Source of the DNA: Vermamoeba vermiformis
Lineage: Eukaryota
Reading direction: 5' to 3'
Assembly: GCA_045837725.1 (NCBI GenBank)
Contig: JBEWZL010000011.1
Coordinates: 744,001-797,279 of the forward strand
DNA length: 53,279 nucleotides
The notes below the pieces were generated by a model, which was not told where the DNA came from, searched no databases, and worked only from the letters and a program-made list of their open reading frames with translations. The translations under genes and the position numbers were made by a program. Below are positions 46,782 to 53,279 of the stretch, one piece after another. Positions within the stretch are counted from its first letter, which is position 1. Every line of letters starts with the position of its first letter.

Positions 46782-49320
46782 TTAAGTGGCTTTACACGTC
46801 GCAAAGCATTTGTTCTGCATCCAATCAGATCCTAAGGGACATACGAACAGGTTGTTACTCGCTGAACAAACAGCCAGATTTTCAGGCAAAACAGTGACCT
46901 CATCATCCCACTTCCGAAATCGATTGTTTGAAATATCAAGGTAGACCATTTGGTTGAATGCAACCGGTAAAAGATGGAAATCTCCGTTGAGCTGATTATT
47001 GGACAAATCGAGATGAACTAATGAGTCAGATCTGGTCGCGGGAAATGAGTCGCCTGTCAGCATATTGTTCGCCAAATTGAGGTACTTTAGACCGAATCCA
47101 AAGTACGGCAGTGTTCCATTGAAGCGATTCGAACTCAGATCCAGCGTGTCAATCATTCGACAGTCGGGAATTGTTCCGTCGATCTGATTGTTTGCCAAGT
47201 TCACTTCCGCAATCCATTCGCTACTGAGAAAATCTTCTGGAAGTGTGCCGTAGAACTGGTTTCTGCTCAGATCGATCACGCGCAGTTCAGGATATTTTAC
47301 TATATTTGGAAGTGATCCTGTGAGACTGTTATCCGCAAGCTTTAGCTCTGTCAATCTGTCAAGCTGTCCAAATTCTTCAGGTATGGTGCCAGTCAATGAG
47401 TTGTTCCGCAGTACAAGACTACTAAGCCACGTGATTTTGTTCAGTGACGATGGCAATGTGCCAGTCAAGTTGTTATTGTCCAGCCAAATGTGAATGTTGG
47501 TCCACAACTCGCGTGGCATAGTGCCGTTCGGAAGCTCATCGAAATAATGCCACGTGTTCTCGCATTTAACGCCGTACCACTCGCAGATCGATATTCTTTC
47601 GTTGAGCCAATTGTCTTTTCTCAGCCACGTGTTACCATTCGTTGCAACATAAAAATCTTTCATAGCCGTGACGAACTCTGGCGGTATTTTAAAATCGTCT
47701 TGCTCGGTGCTGTGGAGCGGAATAACTCCAGCGAATGCCAGTGCCATGAAGACGGTGGCTAGAATCGTTACACAGCTGACCGCAAGGAGCACGATCTTTT
47801 TCGTTCGTGATCCGCGTTGATAATTATCAGTGGTGCGTGACGGCGTTGAGTGTTGCTTAGTAGTGTTGTCTTTTTGTAGAAATTGCTCGTACATCTCGTC
47901 AATAGTTCGCTGAATTCGTTCTGTCTTTGATCGAAGGTCGTTGATGTCACCATAGTTGGCACGAACTGACTCGCTAAGATATGGTATCAGAGACTCATAG
48001 TCAACGTGAAGAATACCTAGATGCCGTCTATGTTAGATAGATACTAAAGGGAATCACAATTGATTTAATAGAACTCACCGTCAATGAGTTGAACAGCTTC
48101 AGGAACAACACTCTCCACTTGTTGTGCAATGTAGCCAACAAATCGTCTGTTCGTGTCTGGATGCACTCCTTGCTTGAACTTGTAGTCAACACCGTCGATT
48201 TGAAGTAGAGTATTGCGGCAGTCGTGGTCTGAAGTACCATAAATGACACGTGTCAGTCCAATGTTACACGCGATCCTACGGGCGCAGAGAAGCTTCCAGA
48301 GATAATTATAACTACGTACCTTCAACGAGTAGCCTGATGTCCTCTTTGATATTGATGTCTGATGACTTGTAGAAGTTCAATGCTCTGAAGTTACCAACGA
48401 CTTCTGCATTGCCGTTGTAAAGTACCATGTACTGCTCGCCGTTGTTGTTGCTCGCTAGATACTGTAGCTCTGTATCGTTGTTGTTGTTCTTGGGCAAATA
48501 TTGCACCTCGATAGCACTACAGGAGTTAATCGCATAAAAACGGATGTGAAAACTTACTTCGGCTGATCGAAGGGATACATCTGATTGGTCTCCGAATAAC
48601 CTTGCCCCGAGTCTTCGTTAGAACAGCTCGCTTGGTTGTAGTGTTCTTCGTCAACATAATAAGTCTCGTGCTCGTGCGGTGGACTTTCTTCAACATAAGC
48701 CGAAAGATTGGGCGAAACTTGGCTTAGAGGTGATGTCGGAACGAAATCTGGTACCCAAAACACGGGGATAAAAGCTTAACAATAAACCGGTGAGTAAATC
48801 CACGAGAAAATACATGTTTTCGTATTTTTTGGCGTACGCTCGCCGGCAAAATTCTTAACTTGATCCAAATGCTTACCCGTCGAGTCGTTGCTCCCTTGGC
48901 GATTTTTTGGTAATATTTGGACGATGTTGCTGAATGCTTGTTTGATGATCTGACCATTTTTGATTTCATTCACTTGAATTCGTATTTCTCGGGCTTTGTA
49001 TCTTCGAAAATCGAACAATTTGGCTGGAAGCTTAATTCTTACGACAATTCCTCAATTTCTTGCGTCTCCTCCGAGCGTTGAAATCTTATTGGTTTTCTCT
49101 TCGCCCAAACGAAGCAGTTTGGCAATGAAACTTCTTCGTCAGTTTGAGGTTGTTTATAAACGAGTGTTATATGGTACTGCAGGCTGCTTTCATCATTATT
49201 TTTCTCGGCCAAACCAAATCCAAAATTCGTCCCCAATAAAGGAACAGATTCGAGATTCGCGGGACCACTTAGAGGAATGTACAAATCAAAAATGTTCCGA
49301 ATGCGAGCGGTGTGTGCCAT
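46782..49320 (-). CDS. MYRF-like copy A: putative DNA-binding N-domain, peptidase S74/ICA autocleavage domain, coiled coil, TM, LRR ectodomain (1-nt frameshift at ~49050)
   Basis: MAHTARIRNIFDL.. at 49320. ICA motifs YNGNAEVVGNF..YKSSDINIKEDI, GYIAQQVESVVPEAV and VDYESLIPYL. TM KKIVLLAVSCVTILATVFMALAFAGVI. LRR N-cap W..CEWYGVKC, then plant-type LxxLxLxxNxLtGtIP repeats. GAGG here versus GAGGG in the paralogue. Confidence 0.85.
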
Positions 49321-49570
49321 TTGTTGATTACATAGTAAAAAAGTGACGGGTGCCAGTTGATTCCCACAGGACACTTTCGGGCAAATAGCCAGTCCTATCA
49401 GATTTTTCAATCATTTTACTTAAAAAAAGGCGTGGAATTATTTTTAAGTACTTTGGCGAACCCGATCATCAATCTATTCAGTTATTTCGTCGGTTAAGTG
49501 TCTTGATCTAGCTGAAATTTAAATCAGCAAGCTAAGACCCAGACTAATAGCTCCACTATTTAATTATGAT

Positions 49571-51987
49571 CTATTTACAAGTAGCACGACAAATATGTTC
49601 GATATAAACCGAGCCCAACGGACAAGCAAACTGATTATTACTTGCGTCGCATCGGAACCCGTTCTCAGGCACGCGAGGGTACTCGTCTTGCCAAGTACGA
49701 AGCATATTATTTGAAATATTAAGGTACCTCATTTTGATGAATTGTTCGGCTGACATTGTAAAATGACCGCTGAATCTGTTATTCGCCAAGTTGAGATGGA
49801 TCGCGTTTGCAGTTGACGCTAAGATCTCGCCTTCAATCATGTTGTTGGATAAATCGAGGTATTCCAATGCAACGCTTAAGAAGGGAAGAGATCCGTTGAT
49901 GCGGTTTGAACTCAGATCCAGCACTTTTAGTCGGCTATGCCCTGGTATGGGACCTTCGATCTGATTGTTTGCTAAGTAAACTTCATTGATGTGATCGTTG
50001 TCGAAGAAATCATTCGGGAATGTGCCGTAGAACTGATTTCTGTTCAGATCCAGCACTATCAACTTGGAAAATTTAGCCATATTAGGCAACGTTCCCGTCA
50101 ATCTGTTGCTCGACAATCTTAGAACTTCCAAGTTTTCAATCTTCGCGAATTCTTCAGGGATGGTTCCAGTCAACGAGTTGTTCCGCAGAGCGAGACTTTG
50201 AAGCCACGTGATATTGTTCAATGACGAGGGCAATTTGCCAGTCAAGTTGTTGTTGTCCAATGAGACGTGAATGAAATTATATGTCACCGCAGTTCCGTTC
50301 AAGTAACGCTGTTGTTCGATGCACTTAACGCCATACCACTCGCAGATTGATATTTGTTCGTTGAGCCAGTTGTCATTTCTCAGCCACGTGTCACCATTCG
50401 TTGAACTATATAAATCTTTCCAAGCGACGCTGAACTCTGGCGGAAAGTTCGAGTCTGGGCTTGGTGGTGTGTCGTCTTGCGAGCTACCAACGTTTTGGAT
50501 AGGAATCACGCCAATGAAGGCCAACGTGGCAAGTATCGCCACCAACACTGTAACAGAAATGACGCTAAGCAGAACAAGTTTTTTCAGTCGTGATGCACGT
50601 TGAGGCTTTGATGACGTCGAGGTTTGCTGAAGAGACTCCGTCTTACGGATAAATTGCTCGTACATCTCGTCAATAGTTCGTTGGATTCGATCTGTCTTTG
50701 AGCGAAGATCGTTGATGTCACCATAGTTGGCACGAACTGACTCGCTTAGATATGGTATCAGAGACTCATAGTCGACATGAAGAATACCTACATGGGACCT
50801 CAATTAGCTTGATAGTTCTATAGATGTACACAACGCAATAGAACTCACCATCAATGAGCTGAACAGCCTCGGGAACAACACTCTCCACTTGTTGTGCAAT
50901 GTAGCCAACAAATCGTCTGTTTGTGTCTGGATGCACTCCTTGCTTGAATTTGTAGTTTACTCCGTCAATTTGCAGCAACGTTTCACGGCAATCGTGGTCT
51001 GAAGTACCATAAATGACACGTGTCAGTCAAATGTTACACGCACGATTATGCTGATGGTAGGAAGTGTAAAGTGCTATAGCCAATGCCTCGTACGTACCTT
51101 CAACGAGCAGCCTGATGTCCTCTTTGATATTGATGTCTGATGACTTGTAGAAGTTCAATGCTCTGAAGTTACCAACGACTTCTGCATTGCCGTTGTAAAG
51201 TACCATGTATTGCTCGCCGGCATTGTTGTTGTTTGATAGGTACTGTAGCTCTGCATCGTAATGATAAGGTCTACACATAAATGTTAGGTAAGGAATTCAC
51301 GGTCAGAAGAAACTTACGTGGGCAGCAGTGGGTCGATGTCTCCCAGGTTCTCGATCTCGTCCGCCGGACTTTCCGCCACATACGAAGAAAGGTTCAGCGG
51401 TGAAACTGGGCTCAATGGAATAACGTCTTGCATCCATAAAACCGGTATAAGTACTAAGTGAATCGTTAGCGCAGATTTCGCAGACGAGCTAATTAAACGT
51501 ATCTTTATCTTAAAAAATTCTTAAAAATGGTAAATCGCTTACCCGTAGAGTCTGTATGAGAAGTTCGACTTTTAGGTAATATTTGGACGATGTTGCTGAA
51601 TGCTTGTTTGATGATCTGACCATTTTTGATTTCATTCACTTGAATTCGCGTTTGTTGTGTTCTATGCTTTCTGAAATCGAATACTTTGGGTGGTAATTTA
51701 ATCTTAACTATTATTCCCTCGACTTCTTGTGTTGCCTCCGAGCGTTGAAATCTTATTGCGTTTCTCTTCGCCCACTCAAAGCAGTTGGTCAACGCAACGT
51801 CTTCACCCGTTCTCGGATGTTTGAAAGCTAGTTGAATGTGGTATTGAAGGCAATTTTCATCGTTGTTTTTCAAGCCCAACGCAAATCCAAAATTCGTTCC
51901 AAGCAAAGGAACCGCTTCCAGATTAGCAGGACCATTGAGAGGAACTAATAGATCGAATAGGTTACGAATACGTGCACTGTGGGCCAT
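49571..51987 (-). CDS. MYRF-like copy B: same N-domain/S74/TM/LRR architecture, apparently intact
   Basis: MAHSARIRNLFDL.. at 51987. SDINIK at ~51140-51123. S74 exons 51005-50848 and 50788 onward. TM KKLVLLSVISVTVLVAILATLAFIGVI. About 9 LRRs and a C-terminal Cys cap. Confidence 0.88.
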
Positions 51988-52174
51988 CTCTACCGAAATT
52001 GATTAAATGGAGGTTTTGTGCGCAATTAAGATGTGACGAGACAAATGTGACATCCGGGCGAATAGTTCGGCCAGTTCATTTCAACCGTTTTAAAATTATA
52101 TATTGTCGTTGAAGGTAACAACAAAGCATTATTCTTTAGAGTATAGTACAAATAAATAGTCGGAGACTGTTCCG

Positions 52175-53279
52175 TTACAGGATCTCCAATGCACCGGTCG
52201 GATTGCCGTAATAACAATTGACATAATGACCAGAAACTGCTTCGCGCATTTGAAAGCCTCGATGAAACACTTTCAGCAATTTGAGCTCTTCAGGAGTAAA
52301 TTTCCAACGTTGCTGATCTTCAGGCTTGTTTTTGTCCTCTTCTCTTTCGCGCTCTATTCGCTCCAAGTCTTGGTGCGTGCCAAATGTTAATACTCCATGG
52401 TTTTTCGACTTGAGACGTGGCTTTGGATCGCCTTTGGTGATGATACACGATTCAATATATTCGCCTAAAGAGAATAATGAGAAATAATGCTAAAATTAGA
52501 ACATTAAATATATCACTTACCAAGAATACCCTGGAAACAAGTCGAAAGCGACAAGCTGAGGACTTGATCCAAAAAATCTTTGACGAACTTGTGACAGTTC
52601 CACTCTGTCTGCGAGTATTTGATCGTAGAGTTCCATTTTTGTACAAATTCCACAGCCTAAAAGCTACTGTCAATCTTTGTAATCACTTTTGTAGTTTATT
52701 TATTTGATTTTTTGTTCCAGTTCAGAATATGAAAACGACTTGGACCTAAATCCGTGAACATCAAATAATATTGTAGCTGTCTTAGACTTTAACTCTCCAA
52801 TATGTACAAGGCTGCTTTCGTTCCAATCAATGACCTTAAAATCAGAAAGTGATCAGATCGAGCAAAAGAATTAAATTTTAACTTACAACGGAACCAAATT
52901 GCAATCCTACGTGCGATGCTCCAAATATTAGTGACCCTTTCTTGAAGAAATTGAGGACTTTAGCCATATTTACAAGAGACGGAGTAATTGAAGAGATGAA
53001 GAGCTTGACAGGCAGTCTGATCGTCTATATAATACAAGGATTAACTTTAAAAATAGCCAAAAAATATGCAGTATTATCTTAATAATTTTAGAATTAATCT
53101 ACTTACGCCGCTAGCATTTTTCGGGAACGGAAACATTTTATTGGCCAAGATCTCTGGTGAATAATAGTCGTCGGCGCTAATACTCGCCCAGTCATCTCCG
53201 AGGCCTTTAATCTTTTTATGGACGCTCGCTGCTCCATCACTCGTTGCCGAGGGATGACTTGAGGTGGATTTGCGATTTT
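52175..53279 (-). CDS. PPPDE/permuted papain-like protein (His...Asn-Cys), 5' end outside the window
   Basis: Spliced frame FGASHVGLQFGSV|VIDWNESSLV..WNSTIKYSQTEWNCHKFVKDFL..LLKVFHRGF..CYYGNPT. One donor near 52700 looks damaged. Confidence 0.65.

Noticed and set aside
51988-53279. 52175-53279 exons as the 5' part of MYRF-LRR copy B
   Set aside because: That frame ends in a stop at 52175 and has its own PPPDE-like His/Asn-Cys motifs. Copy A begins at the equivalent MAH Met without such a region.

Overview
Eukaryotic, intron-rich genomic DNA with GT-AG introns of mostly about 45-60 nt. The gene repertoire suggests a free-living protist, probably an amoebozoan (inference). The left part (1-21 kb) holds ordinary but oddly fused genes: two tandem cytochrome P450s, a Zn-finger/glycosyltransferase-like fusion, a secreted NIDO-GH81 beta-1,3-glucanase, a multi-TM DUF900 hydrolase, a PA-7TM receptor and a receptor tyrosine-kinase-like gene. 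The middle (21-41 kb) is a decaying, TE-like island. It carries chromatin enzymes (TET/JBP dioxygenase, KDM6-like JmjC, SET+AT-hook, CXC fragment), two paralogous hairpin-rich non-coding blocks with covarying repeated stems, an intronless family-C GPCR, and a 1.1 kb element made of two inverted PPT+LTR ends. At 41.5-46.1 kb one PIF/Harbinger transposon is nested in another, and the outer one interrupts a kinase remnant. At 46.8-52.0 kb are two tandem genes with an apparently novel architecture: putative DNA-binding domain, self-cleaving peptidase S74/ICA domain, TM, and LRR ectodomain, i.e. MYRF-like LRR receptor-transcription factors. All calls come from manual reading and motif recognition; no searches were run, and exon boundaries are hand-inferred.
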